A stretch of DNA of 63,047 nt, counting the filler, from Reticulomyxa filosa (Eukaryota; Protista; Foraminifera), in assembly GCA_000512085.1 (NCBI GenBank). It is 9 parts of 9 records of this genome, joined end to end, with 100 filler letters (N's around TTAATTAATTAA, not from the genome) between each part and the next. Parts side by side here need not be neighbours in the genome. Positions count along the whole stretch, not along the records: positions 25,267 to 39,190 come from ASPP01006699.1; positions 39,291 to 50,482 come from ASPP01007796.1; 7 more parts are not named here. The stretch is one strand, 5' to 3'. The position numbers were made by a program, and so were the translations under genes. Position 1 is the first letter of the stretch; the number at the start of each line of letters is the position of its first letter. Below the pieces are notes generated by a model. The model worked only from the letters and a program-made list of their open reading frames with translations, made no database searches and was not told the origin of the DNA. This document shows, piece by piece, positions 25,837-39,327 of this stretch.

Positions 25837-28800
25837 CTCTTTTGTTGTTATATTGGTTCTTTCGAAAAGCAAATATATCAGTTATAAGCACAGTGGCTCC
25901 AAATTATTTTCTCTACCCTTCGCTTCTTTTTTCAGACACACAAACTTATAACGAGAAAATCTGAAACAAAAAAGAATCTAATTACAAAGAATCAGAAAAA
26001 TTTTGAAATATCACAACAATATTAATGTAAGATAGTTACTTCAGTTTATCGCTATCAATATTTTCTAATGTTTATCCATACGTGATCATAAAGCGTATTG
26101 CTTTTAAAAAATTAATCCAAAATACTTTATTCAAATTTTGTTTTATTTTCTTTACAGTTTTTCTTGTGCGTTTACTGACACGTTCAAAATTTTAAAAAAG
26201 GCCCAAAAACTTCAAATAACTCAGTCAAGAAAAGATGATTAAAAAAGTATTGTTATCAGCACTACTTTTGTTAGTACGTTGTGTGTATTGAAGTGAAGAT
26301 GTGCAAGTTGATCTTAGTGGGAATCACTAGCTTGTTAGTAACTGTTGTATGTAAGCTGTAACATCTAATGTTCCATTTGACGTTTGTAACATAATCTTTA
26401 TATGTTTTACAATTATATTAATCTTGACATTGTGGTTGTTTGCACAGATATATGCTGGGATCTTGGATGATCCTTATTACAAAAAGAAGATATTATGACG
26501 GAAGCACCGAAAAGAGAAGAAAAGTGGCTTTAAAAAAAAGGATTGAACTAGTAATTTAATTGATTTTATAAAGTATTGATACACACTCTTTAATATATCT
26601 TAATTGCTATTTGTGATTTAAAAATGACAACATGTTTTAAGTTTAATTTTTTCATCTTTTTTTTTACATAAAATATAATCAAATGAAACAACATGAAACA
26701 AAAGATAAATCGATTATTGAGATAAAATTCCAAATTAAGTCATGATTTGCATTTGACGATGCCAACCTGACATCCTGATTATAGCGATTAGCAATGTCCA
26801 ACGCAATGTCTATCTGACTATTACCACAGTAATTTCATTCGCACTTAGCTTTGTTCTTTTTCTTGAGTTAGTATATCTATCTATTTAATATATATAATTT
26901 ATTGTGTTATGACTGTTGACCAGGTGCGTATACCTATAATGGTAAACGTATGCAGTCGCTTTGCCATTTACAGTGTAAAACATGTTAAACAGTTTGTCCG
27001 ACATATAAATAAATCAACATTATCAAACAAATCAAAAAAAGGTTTGCACCGGTAGGTGTGTTTCAAGAAATCTGTTTACAATATTACGATTATGCAGTAA
27101 CCATTGATGCTTTTTTGATTATTAGTCTACTCATTCGAAAGTCTAGTTATTTCACAAACACTTCAGCAGCTATTCTTGCTTGAAGAATATCACCAAAACA
27201 TAATTCGAGTCTGGTGACGGTGTGCGTTTATCAAAGAATCTATTTTTATAATTTGGTTGATCGAGTATGTGAGTTTTCTTGTTATATCGTATATATATTA
27301 TTATTATCATTATCACTATTGGATTCAACATATAAACATATTATATAATATCTTGTTCTTTGGCAGATAGTACTGTATGATGATATGTGAATGCACTGTC
27401 TGTTTTTTTGTCTTGTTGATATTTTTGATAATTGGAACTGATTTTCAAATGAATTGCATTTTTTGTTGTGCGATTTTGTAATATATGAACTGATATCTAG
27501 ATATATTATGTGTTTTTTGCTTGTTTATCTATTTTGCATTAAGAGAATGAATACGTACTATATACATATATGCATATGAATATATATATGTAAAATTATA
27601 TGTTTTTAGTATATATGTGGGATTGCGCAGATTATTGGGTGGGTCATAGTCTTCGGCAAAAGGACTTGGGATAATGTCTGCATACTTCAGTAATAGATCT
27701 TAATTTGTGCAGAACAATGGCAATTATCGTACGACAAACACATCTGGAGATGAACATATCGTCAATTGTAATTTGGCAATATTTTAAACAACATCACTTC
27801 GTTGGACAGCACAAGTCATAACGTTGCATCATCACCTTCAAATGGCGACGAAACTGAACAATTCTTGCAGTAATAATCAGTAAAATACTTTCTATTGGAT
27901 GTCTGTCCGTTCGTTATTTTTATTTATTAGTTGCTGGAATGTGCGTTTGTAGCGACTACGCTTTATGAGTTAGTTTAGTTGCAATTATAGTCTTTTTTAT
28001 TCCAAGTTGATTAATTGAGTTGGACTATGCTCTTGTTGCTAGTTTTGTGCATATGTTGCATATGTTGATGTAATGTAAAATATTATTATTATTTTGTGTT
28101 TGTTTATTTTAAAAAAAATTAGATGACAACATCATCCTGATATTTATCAAAAATAAAAATAGAATATCAATGCTTATAACACAATGATAATACATAACAA
28201 TATATCAATTACGAAAGTTGCAACATGGTCCAAATTTATTGGCAAACTATCGATATTTGGCCTTGTCCTTCTTGGTCTGTCATTGATTGGACAGATCTGT
28301 ACAAATTGTTTCAATATTATGATAAGTGTCGCCATCATCAATATTGTTATTATTCCTGGCTCAATCGCTACTTTTGTCATTGTCTTTCGCTTTGCTTGCG
28401 ATTTGGAAACGCGATAGTTACCGACGTTGGACGCAAACGAAGTCACAGATTCTTGTCAGTTATAATAACAATTAGTCATAAATGACAATGTAAATCAAAT
28501 AGTTATATATACATATATAAATGTATGTGTATGTAAATGCATATATAAAACTGATTATATTTGAATATGGAACAGTAAAATAAATGAAAAGTTGTTTTGC
28601 GATGCAGTGAGATCATCCAATCAGCATTTTGGCTTTCCTCTTTGACAAAGGCGCAAAAGGGTTTCCAAAAGATATCTTTGAATTCGGGTTTTGTTGGGTT
28701 ATCACATCGATGCATTGGATGCAGTTTCGATTTTACCAATTCGTTGTCTTTTATACCAACTAACCTTTTTTTAATCGTTTGTTGGTGTTTGATTAGTCCA

Positions 28801-29216
28801 ATGAAAAAGAAATACAAATACACAACATGAACAATTTTTGTGTATTATCATTTTTTAGCATTGTGTGCGAGGTCGGAAAGACGTAGTTTTGCGTTGTCAA
28901 GTAAAACTTTACATTTGGAGTAGAAGAGCTTTTTGCGGACAATTACATAGTCACCAATTTCCTTCAAATACGTGACAACGATTTTTGCGATCATTTCATC
29001 TTCATTTGAGTTATAAGAAAAAATTAATTTTTGTATGTCCCCTACTTTGGACGAACTTTTTCTTACCGTTAAATTCCATTTTTTTAACAAGTAGATTTAT
29101 GTAAAAAAAGGAGGAACCAGAAAAGTACAAGAGTCATGTATTGTTCTAGCTGAACATTTTATTTTTTTTAAGATCGAAAAATAGTTTGCAAACTGGACAC
29201 CTTTTTACAACATTTA

Positions 29217-30622
29217 TCAACGAAAAGAATCTTTTGTTTGTGAAAACTGAGTTCCATATATTTGAGGTGAAATTTTCATTACTTGTATTGCTGTGTCTTT
29301 TCTGTGAAAATTGAAATGAGGAACTAGTGCTAAATTTTTGTATTTGTTGAATGTCGTGTTGTCTTTTAAGGCGTATTCTTTTCCACTTCCGTCTTCAGTC
29401 ACCTGTTTCCATTTCAGTTCTTTTTTGTCCATATCCAGATACATATCTAAGGTGTATTCTTTTATGTTCCACCACTCCAACTGTGTGCTTGAATCTTGTG
29501 TCTGTTTGGAATCATTCCACTCTGCAGGGGTGCATCCATCAATTCCCCACACTTTTTTTTTTTTTTTTTTTTTTTTTTTTCCCAAACAAAACAATTTTTG
29601 TTTGTTTGTTTGTATTTGCCTGTTGGCAATGTTGCATATTTGTTTGGCAAGACTGAACATTCATTTTCGTCATATGACTCATTTGCAAACGACTTGTTGT
29701 TGTTCCCAAGGCCGACCATAACGAATCCAATGAAGCTACCACTATTGCTCATCTATTTTCAAGTTGTAATGTATGTGTGTGTGTGTATGTGATATGGTTA
29801 TTTGCAGAAGTAAAGTCGTTGTGCAAGCAAAACAGAAGATAACTTTGACACGCCAGCAAGCCACACCACTGTTCACCCCATTCGACTTTGGCAAAGAAAT
29901 GCTGACATTTCCACCTGATTTTTTTCGAATCAAAGTGTTGTCATTTTCCAATACGACATCTTTTTCACTTGAAATGCGATCACGGCCAAAGGATAACAAA
30001 GCAGGTGAGGTACCTAAAAATATGTATATGTGTATATGTGTGTATAATATAAATGTGTATTATATGTATAAAATTAATACAATGATAAAGTTAAACCTGT
30101 TTTGCACGTGATTACGTTGGAATATTTAGAAAAGCAATCAACAAAAATGGAATGTTGTGCTTTGATTCGAAAGTGATAAGTGGTATTGGGACGCAATTGT
30201 GAAATGGAATGCTCCCATTTGAGTTTATTTTTTGCGACTTGGATTTCATTCCATTTTTCTTCTTTCTCTTCGTCCGCCGATTGATACTCAATCACAAATG
30301 CATCGCCAGTGATCACTACTGATGTTTGTCCTTTCTCGTCTTTGCGCTCTTGTGTTTGCCACGCTAATGTGACGCTATCATGCGTTTGCGCTTTCAGTGA
30401 CAATGCCACATCGTCAATCATTTTGTCACCTGTTATACTTCCATATTGTTTGAGCAATCCTTCCAGTCCTTTGATGTTTTCAAAGTCCACTCCTGCATCT
30501 TCGTTTATTGAGTCCAGTGCTATGTACTGTGCTATCCGAGCATTGGCTTCGTTTATTATCTCTTCTTGTCGTTTTATTGGTGCTAATGCCTTGTTATTCC
30601 ATAATTCTTCGATTTTTTGTCG

Positions 30623-30655
<33 letters not shown>

Positions 30656-30983
30656 GTTTGTTTGTCACTATTTTAAATTTTTTTTTTTGGATACACAAAA
30701 CTTCTTGGAGGTCTTTGTGACAATATTCCAAATGATCCAGGTATTTTTGACAATATTTGCTTTGCTTCATTGTTACTGCTGTCACATTTTCAAGCAACTC
30801 TTTTCTTCTTTCATTCGCTTTTTCTATTATCTCATCCATTTTTTTGTTTATCGCGTTCTTCGATTTTTCGCTTCTTTCTTTGGCACCTGCTAACCATTCT
30901 TTCGTCTTTAAACTCCTTTCTTTTATTTCTTTTATTTTCGCTTCCAATTCTTTTGCCTTTTCTTTTTCTTCGACGGATATCAT
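29217..30983 (-). CDS. Coiled-coil + fibronectin type III + SPRY-like protein (TRIM/FSD1-like C-terminal architecture), about 5 exons
   Basis: Coiled coil MDEIIEKANERRKELLENV; FN3 THDSVTLAW...ISQLRPNTTYHFRIKA...FSKYSNVITCKT; SPRY-like GVACWRVK, VMVGLG, TLDMYLDMDKKELKW, LVPHFNF. Confidence 0.65.
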
Positions 30984-31349
30984 CGCTTCTTTGAGTTTTA
31001 AGATTTACTTAACAATGCAAACGGGTCAACAAAAACAACAAAAAATCTTCTAAAATATTGAAAAACAAAACAATGTGATATGCTGCGTTGTTTGTGTACA
31101 AGACAATGTATCTCAATTAGATTGAAATCGAATACAAAATGTAGAAGAAAAAATAAAAAAGCTGCAATTGAGATTTTTTAATATTATTGAAGCATTTCAA
31201 CTATTATGCTAGTGCATTTTTTAAAAAAAATGAAGAGGAATGTGGGTAAAAACACGAGAGAGTAGCAATGAATTGTTCCAGCACATAGACTGTCAAAAGA
31301 AACCCAAAAAAAATGCACAAGAAAAGAGCCTGTTCTATTTTCTGTCAAT

Positions 31350-32708
31350 TCAAACAGGATAAGCAATGGGAGGATATAAGAATTGCATGGGTATCCAAAA
31401 CCTGGCCCCCCAACTCGCTTCGTTATGTTGTCCGGTTGGGTCGAAATAGTATTTCAAAGTTTGATTCAAGACGTATCCCAAGGCGACCAAATGATCGCGA
31501 ACGGCAATAGCACCGACAATTTGCTGTTGATAAGGTTCAAGCGCACCAACATCAAGGTAAATATAATTGGGCCGAATGGAATACGTTTGATACAAAATGG
31601 TCGTATTGAAACCAAAGTTGTTCCACCAAAAGCTGCTGGACATGCACCCAAGCTTGTTAAATGTATCTGCGCGAGTCCAGCCGCAATAGCACGAGACCAG
31701 GCCACCTAAGCTACTGCCGATCATCCCAAAGGTCTTCAAACTGGTCGGAATGCGTCCAGGGTAGCGATCATCACGAATTGTTGGGATTGCTGTTTGTTCA
31801 ATAAAATCCAAGTAATAATCTGCGCCACCACCGTCGCCTATCCAAGCATCAAAATCGTAGCTTCGCCATTTTTGCAATCACATCAAAAAAAAAAAAAAAA
31901 AATTTAGTAAAAAAAAAACTTAAAATTTTTTTTTAAAAAAAAAAGGGGATACTTCATACTCGTATTCATAAGTTCTAGCTGGAGTGTTATCAATACCAAT
32001 GACAATGACCTCCTCCATGTTCCCCTCCACCACTTGTTGGTTGATGGTATCTTGGACGTCCCAAGCTACGCCTGCAAAGCTCGTCGAGGCATTAAACAGG
32101 TTCTGTCCATCGTGCATCACCAACACGTTCGTGTATTGCTTCAGTGTGTTTTCGTAGAAGCTCGGCGGCAGGTACACTACTAAGTCACGATAGTTGTTCA
32201 GCTGCGGTGAATACACGTTGCGCGTGTACTCGTAGTCCCCGCTGTACGTGTAAAACCATGGATATGTTGTCAAGTTCACGCTGCTTGGACTGTTACTGTC
32301 GAACGAATACATCGAATTTGCGCCCTTAATTTTTTTATCCTTTTTTTTGCACCCTTTTTTTTTTTTTTTGAGGATGTTCCCTTCCCCTTTTTTTAAGGAT
32401 TTTGCTCCTGTTTTTGTTTTTTTTTTTGGACGTAACAATTTGCCATGTTTTATCGTCAACTAGACATTTGAAAGAAAATACTCCACTCTTCGTTCCAGAC
32501 AAAGTTATTGTAAACACATCGTCGACTGGGTTTGCCATCGACTTCCCAGAGTTCCAGTTCAAACCGAACGAGTCTCCTCGGATATACATTGTATGTTTGT
32601 TCATTTTCGACTGCGGATAGAGGCATTGATTGTAACAACGAAACCCGTTGCCTTGTGGACATGTCCCAACAAAAGCAGAATTAGGGTAAACAGCATTTGC
32701 GCGATCAT
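31350..32708 (-). CDS. Secreted Fes/IroE-type alpha/beta-hydrolase (putative esterase) with N-terminal CBM20-like domain, 3 exons; apparent 1-nt frameshift at about 32622
   Basis: Signal peptide MIAQMLFTLILLLLGHVHKATG; YIRGDSFGLNW...FKCLVDDKTWQIGANS; RDLVVYLPPSF, VMHDGQNLF, nucleophile elbow GSSLGG, IYLDVG, HNEASWGARF. Confidence 0.85.
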
Positions 32709-33456
32709 CTTTTTTTTGAGAACTTTTCAAAATGCGACGTCGCTAAAGAACTGTTTATTTATTGCACGTTTTATCGTGCAACTTATATCTTAAAATTTAC
32801 CGTTGTTCCATCTTAAATGTTTTGACTATAATACTCACAAATGCTTTATTGTTTTTTGTAGCTGTAGGACTTTTGTCATAGCGTTTAAACGTAATAATTG
32901 AATTTAAATTTATCAAAGAGCAGCAATCCAAAAGCTACTGGAGAAAACAAAAACTTTATTCGATATACTGCTCAGCCTAAATTATTTTGTTTTGGGAGCA
33001 GTTGCATTTTTTTTAGAAAAAGAGATGTCTTTTCATTTCTGAATAATGTCAGTGGTCGGTCTAGAATCGGAACCAGATCTTACCAAAATTGCGAATATCC
33101 CAAAAACAAGCAAAAATAATTTGTTATCAGCGCTTCGTCCGGTAAAATACTGTAGTGTTTTTGCAAAGCCTCGTTTTGAGAATGTAAATAACAATAGCCA
33201 AACACGTACACACACAAAATGCAGGGTGAATCACATTGGGAAAATGCATGTCTTGTGACGATTAACAATATATGCCGAATATATGATAAAAGACGACTAA
33301 CATGTATTGAATACTTCAAAGCAAAGTTTGACGAGAGATGGAATCGAAATAAAAAACAAACACAAAAAAAAAAAGAGAAGAATTGGAAAGCAAGTAACGA
33401 GGAGAATAGGAAAGAGGGAATACAAAGAAAAGATGGAGTCAATGGAAGTTGTTGGA

Positions 33457-34114
33457 TGGCGTCATGTGATGTTGGAAATATAAGCAAGCAAGTAACACAC
33501 GAGTCATTGGAACTGCTAATTGAAACGATAACCAAAGAAACGGAGTCTATTCCCGTGGACATGTCTGCCAATCAATTGGTCGACTTTTTGCTTTGCGCCG
33601 AGTTTTTTGCAGTGTCTCTATCTGAGGAGTGTTTATATCAATACTTGTGTCGATCTAAAAAATGCATATCCAAACGTGAGTTTGCCCAAATCAAAGTGGA
33701 CTCCAAAGCTCATTTGAGCGACGTATATGTCACCAAATTGCACAATGCTATCGACAAGTTCCAAATCAATGTCATCGACTTCAAACCGGATTTACTCAAA
33801 CACGTGGCGAAAGCAATCACTGACGGCAAACTCACGACCATTGAAGACCAGGTATCTAATATTTATATCGTTACCCTCTCTCTCTTTTGTTCATTTGCTA
33901 AGTGACATATCAATATACGTACATGGATATGTACACATATACACGTATATGTACGCATATGTTTTTTTGTTTGGTTTGAAAAATGCTGTTTGATAAGGAG
34001 GAAGAGAAAGAAAAGAAAGAAGAAACAGAAACACCTGTGAACTCACATATGAATCAAATATATCAAGAGTTGTTATTGCAATTGGAAAAGTTCAACAATA
34101 GTAATAATAATAAC

Positions 34115-34149
<35 letters not shown>

Positions 34150-34783
34150 TAACAATAATAATAATATTGCAATTGTCAATAACCAAGCAATACATAACGA
34201 TGTGTACGAGTATTGGCATGTCATTCGTGAGTGTTCGACTCTGTGGCAGAACAAAGAGTGGTGGGAAAAAACGTTTACGTATTTGAAAAAGCATCACAAT
34301 TTCAATTTGATTTTGGATATTTTCACGTTTGCTAGCTTTCATTCGAAAGCTCATTTGACGTTACAGCATCTTCACAAAAAACTTTGGAGTGACCATGACG
34401 GAGGCAGTAGTCGTGAAAACAATACCATTTCTGCTGTCGATTGGTTTTTATTTGTTCAATTGAAAGATTGTGGGGATGTCCAATTCAAAAAATCATTCAC
34501 CAAAATTGTCGCTCTAAACTTGGAAACTTGGAGCCAATGGGCAAATTACCCCTTCCTGACTGACATCCCTCACTACGGAGATTCTCCATGGACGCTCTAT
34601 TTAATGGCAGAAAGCACCAACAATTTCACCTTTTACCATCTTGCACACAAATGCTGTGCTTATTTCTTGAATCACTGTTTGCAAGACAAAACACAAAAAT
34701 GTCCCTATCTTTATGATATTTTGATGCAACGGGCTCTTGGTCTTAAAGTCAGATCTGCTTATGTTGAACAATATGTCATGTAA
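33457..34783 (+). CDS. Hypothetical protein with poly-Asn tract, 2 exons
   Basis: ORFs 33219-33905 and 33983-34783 separated by a GT-AG intron (about 33852-33997); (AAT/AAC)n encodes about 22 Asn. Confidence 0.55.
34097..34165 (+). repeat. (AAT/AAC)n coding microsatellite, poly-Asn (similar tracts at 21527-21560, 22210-22247, 24660-24730, 62808-62850)
   Basis: Directly visible trinucleotide runs. Confidence 0.9.
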
Positions 34784-35520
34784 ACAAAAAAAAGAGCTCT
34801 AAACATTTTTTTTCAAACAAAAGAAGTACATTCTTGGGAGTGAGATTCTAAATTTTTCAAATAATAATATAAGTTTGATACTTTTCAACAAAATTTACTC
34901 TAATTTTTCATATTAGTGACTTCCGTTTTTCTTTACTCCCTTCTAGTGCAAACGAATTAAAATTGTTTTGTCCTATCTCCGACAAAGAAAAACCTTAAAT
35001 CAACAAGCATATGAAACAATTTGCGATTTTTTAATTCTTGCCTCGTTCCTCGGCCGAGTTATTTTATTTCAATCCTTTAAGTTTCTGTCTTTTTCTTCAA
35101 AAAAAAAGGGAGTCAAAAAAAGTATAGAACTAAAATGAATGAGAGTTTAGATAATAGTTAAGTGGTTCTTTTCTTTATGAGTTCATTGTGTTGAAGAATA
35201 TACATTGAAAACCGTAGTTCAACTTCCAAGAGTTTTCAAATGACATGCAAAACGACTTGCTTTTTTGTCTTTTGCGAACTTTTTCACGATCGGCCGTGTG
35301 CATTTACTTTTTGATCTTTCAAAAAACTAGAATATGTACGTGGATCGTCTTTCTCAATAAAAAAACAAAACATAAAATTACATATTCCAATCAGAGAGCA
35401 ATATTCATAAACTTATACATATTGTTAAAAAAGAATCATGTAATGAAGGGAACAAAACAAAAAAAGCATTCAAATAAAACAAAAGTAAACCTAGAAGAAT
35501 ACAGCGATATTGACCAGACC

Positions 35521-36431
35521 ATGGCCTATGAACCAAAGGGGCATAATGTCTCAACCAGCTTCATGGGCCAAATAGAAGAAGAACAGAGAGAGTTGCAAAT
35601 GCAAAAAAGAAATTTCGAATTGGAAAAAAGTTAATCATTAAAAAAAATTTAATATTTTTGCATAAAAAAATTCTTGATTATATTTTATTTTGGAATGTCG
35701 CAGAAGCGTTTGAAGCCAGTATATTCTATAAAGGATTCCAACTTTCCAAAGGTAATGCTTTTTTTTTTAAAGTGCGATAAAAGGATACAACAAAACTACT
35801 TACAATATTTTTGAAAAAAAACAAAAAAAATGGGGGGCAAGGTTATAACTGCATTCCGCACATGGGAACGTTTTACGTGCTCGTGATACTATCGATAATA
35901 TGGACGATTTATGTAATGCGCCCCCGACACGACTTTGCGAAATCGTTGGATAGACTAACAACAGAGCAAGTGAGGATTCTTCAAATGCATGTATGTCGCA
36001 ACCCAATCCCTTACGAAGAAAAAAGGTCGGTGGAGCTAGGGAGCATTAATAAATGCAAAAGCGAATTGATGGCAATGAATAATACATATTTGCAATTGCA
36101 GCGTGAAAATGAAGTGTTGAAAGGGCAATGCTTTTGTGAGACCCAAATCAAAAAATTGAAAGAGGAAATGCAAGCATTACAGCAAAAAAACTTTGAGAAA
36201 AACTTGGCGATTTATGGTCAAAAAGAAGAAAATAATGCGATCCAAAAACTCAATGCCCAATTAAAAACTGATTACGATAGTCTTAAAAGCCATTGTGAGC
36301 AACTCAAACATGAAAAGGAATATCAAATGGCTAGAAATGACTCTTTTTGCATTTGCAATCCTGGACACAATGAAGTTTTGTCTTTGTTTTTTTTTATAAT
36401 CAGTGATCAGAATCAATTGAACAAGTTTTGA
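35521..36431 (+). CDS. Hypothetical single-TM coiled-coil protein
   Basis: TM FYVLVILSIIWTIYVM followed by a heptad-rich region. Confidence 0.45.
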
Positions 36432-37108
36432 TTTTTTATTCCAATGATCCACAGTGTTCGATATTTAAGACCTTATGGTGGAAAATTTGGTATTGGAACT
36501 AACAAGTATGCGCAAAGTTGCTTGCACTAGCATATTTCGTTCGTTACATTTATGTGTTCTTATTTTCCGAATAAACAAAAACTTTCTTTTCGACGTCCTT
36601 TCTTGTTTACACATAGGAAAAACAAATAAAAAAAGAATGGAGCCTGTTTCATTCAACATTTAAATTAATTTAAAAGTCTGATTGCACTATCATCGCAAAG
36701 AACAACGTGAGATTCAAAATCTTTTTTTTTTGGAAAGATGTTTAGATTTGCATTAAAAAAATTTGTAATTATTTTAAATCTTGCTTGATCCATTTATCTG
36801 GTTTAAACTTCGACTAGATTCGCGACAGTGATAACATAGAATGTGTCCGAATTTTAGAAGCTACTAAGCGCCTTCAGAAACAGTTTCCGGAAAAAAACGT
36901 TTTATATCAAATGTAATCAATTTAAGATTGTTTGTAGCAAAACATTAAATGTTTTGGGGTTTTTTTCAGTTTATTGTACACAACCACCATAAACTGTTTT
37001 GCGAAGAAATTAGTTAATTTTCCCCCCTTTTTTACACAATGAAATATAAGTTTTGCATTGTCCGCTTCTCTTTTCTTTAATTTAAGCTAGGCTAATTTCA
37101 AAATATGT

Positions 37109-39138
37109 TTACCCTGATACTTGAGTTTTGACTTGAGTGGCAATTTGATGGACAACGTTTTTAAATTTAGTTCGCACGCTATCTGGCGACTCTTTAATTT
37201 TTTTGGCAATGTACCTTGCAGCCTCTGCTTCAGTTTGATCCTCGACATGGAATATGCCCTGGAAGAATTCTTCCACTTCTTCGGGTTCGACTAAATAACA
37301 AAAAGCCATTTTGGCAAAAGCGAGAATTTCTTGGTAACGAGCACGTAAAATCAAATATGCTCGAACGCCCAATTGTATAAACTCTGGCCAGTAATTTGAC
37401 ATCAAGCGTTTCAAATCTTGTGTAATGGCAAACTTACTGGTATCAATTGAGACTGATTTACTTTATTGTTATCATTGCAAAAAAAAAAAAAAAAGATAAT
37501 ATTTAGTGATGATGTTGTCAAAAATGATGAAAGGAGGAATGGATAAAACGCAATAGGAAAAAATGAACAAACCCAAGAACATATCCAAAATCGATATGGA
37601 ACAAAGTGCAATCGCTAGCACGAATGAGGACATTATCGAAATGTCTGTCTCGAATTCCCATGACAAACGAGGCTATATAACTTCCGGCCGAAGAAGCAAT
37701 TAAATTAAATAGCTGTTTCACCGTAATATCTTCATCAATTTCTCCAACCAAACGTAAAGGCTTGCATCCGGGGATTAGTTCAATGCATCCAAAGTCAGGA
37801 GCCTTTGTATTTTATATTAAAAAAAAAAAAAGAATTCATGTAATGTATAGCGGTTTTTTTTTGTTTTTTTTTTTTTTGAAGTAGAATGGAATGGAAAATA
37901 CCATAGCAACACATTTGTAATAATGTGCTCTCACAGGACAGTCATTATATTCCAAGCCAGCTTCCCTCCATATTTTATTGAACAGTCGGAAGAGTTGGAG
38001 TACAGCAGCGTCGATACGAAGGTCGTCGCCTTGCTTCAAGATGACAGTGGAAGACAAGTACTCCTGTTTCGCGGACACATAGAGATCGACCAGCAAAGGT
38101 TTAGAATTGCTTTGGATAACCTTTCGGATTTCGATGCGTGACAAAGGTGGTGCATTGTCCTTTACCGGATCTCGAATGTTCGATTTTTCATTTATTTTGA
38201 TTTCCGTGCCCGGTTTCACCTTATTTTTGAAGATGTTTTTGAAACACGATATCGCCGTTTCCGCCTCCTTTTGGATTACCGTCGCCCGCTCCAAATTTTG
38301 GCTTGACGAGGTGTTCAATGTGCTTTCCGCGCTGTTGCTTATTGTCGATGTGCGGTAAGTGGACACCGTCGTTACGGTATCCGATCGACTTGTATCTGCC
38401 CTTCCACCACTATCACGAGGAGTGTTACCTTTATTTTCGCACACATTACAAATGGGAAGTTTAACCACGCCATTATTTGCATTTCATAATTGAATTGCAC
38501 CACCACATAAGTATTTTTAATTTTTTTTTTTGGTTGCCCCCTGCCCCCCCTTGGTATGTAACTGAGCTCAAGCGCAGAGGCTTCCGCCTTCAAGGATTCT
38601 CGCTCTTTCGCAGTAAGGGTTTTGGCAAAGGTCTTTTGCATGTCCGCACAGTCACGATACGCGTTCAACAGAAACTCGAGAGCCTGCTTACAGTCTGGTT
38701 CCGCTTTCGTGCGTTCCTGAATGGCCGCCAAAACATCGCCACTTATCTTTGTGTTTTGCGTCGACTTTGTTGCCATGATCGCACTTTGTAAGTGTTATGT
38801 GTGGTATGTAATATATAGATGATATGTTCTAAGTATCCTATTGCTGTCCTTGTAGTGGAACAAACTGCAGTTACAAAAAATGTGAGATAAACATCGAACA
38901 TAAGCAAATAAATAAAATGAAAGTAACGGAACATGAGAGGTAGATAAAAGCAAAACACGCCCGTGGTGGCAACTTCCAGTTCTTTGTCCAATGCCACGTC
39001 GTTCGAGTTGGGTTTCGACAAAGCTTGAATCAGGACGCTCAGCAACTCGTCCTCGAGCAACTCGTTTTGCTCCATTGGTACTTGAGATCGCCATTTCGGG
39101 GTCTCTGGACTCATTATTATCTGTTTTTCGTTTGGCAC
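37109..39138 (-). CDS. Phosphatidylinositol 3-/4-kinase family protein (catalytic domain), multi-exon, 5' end in linker
   Basis: [68 protein letters not shown]. Confidence 0.9.
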
Positions 39139-39290
39139 ACAGCATTAGCATTATTGGCATTCAAGAGATAATCATATGCACATATATATANNNNNNNNNN
39201 NNNNNNNNNNNNNNNNNNNNNNNNNNNNNNNNNNTTAATTAATTAANNNNNNNNNNNNNNNNNNNNNNNNNNNNNNNNNNNNNNNNNNNN

Positions 39291-39327
<37 letters not shown>

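Noticed and set aside
26300-29090. Short ORFs and coding-like patches
   Set aside because: Multiple stops and no family recognisable by eye; cannot support a call
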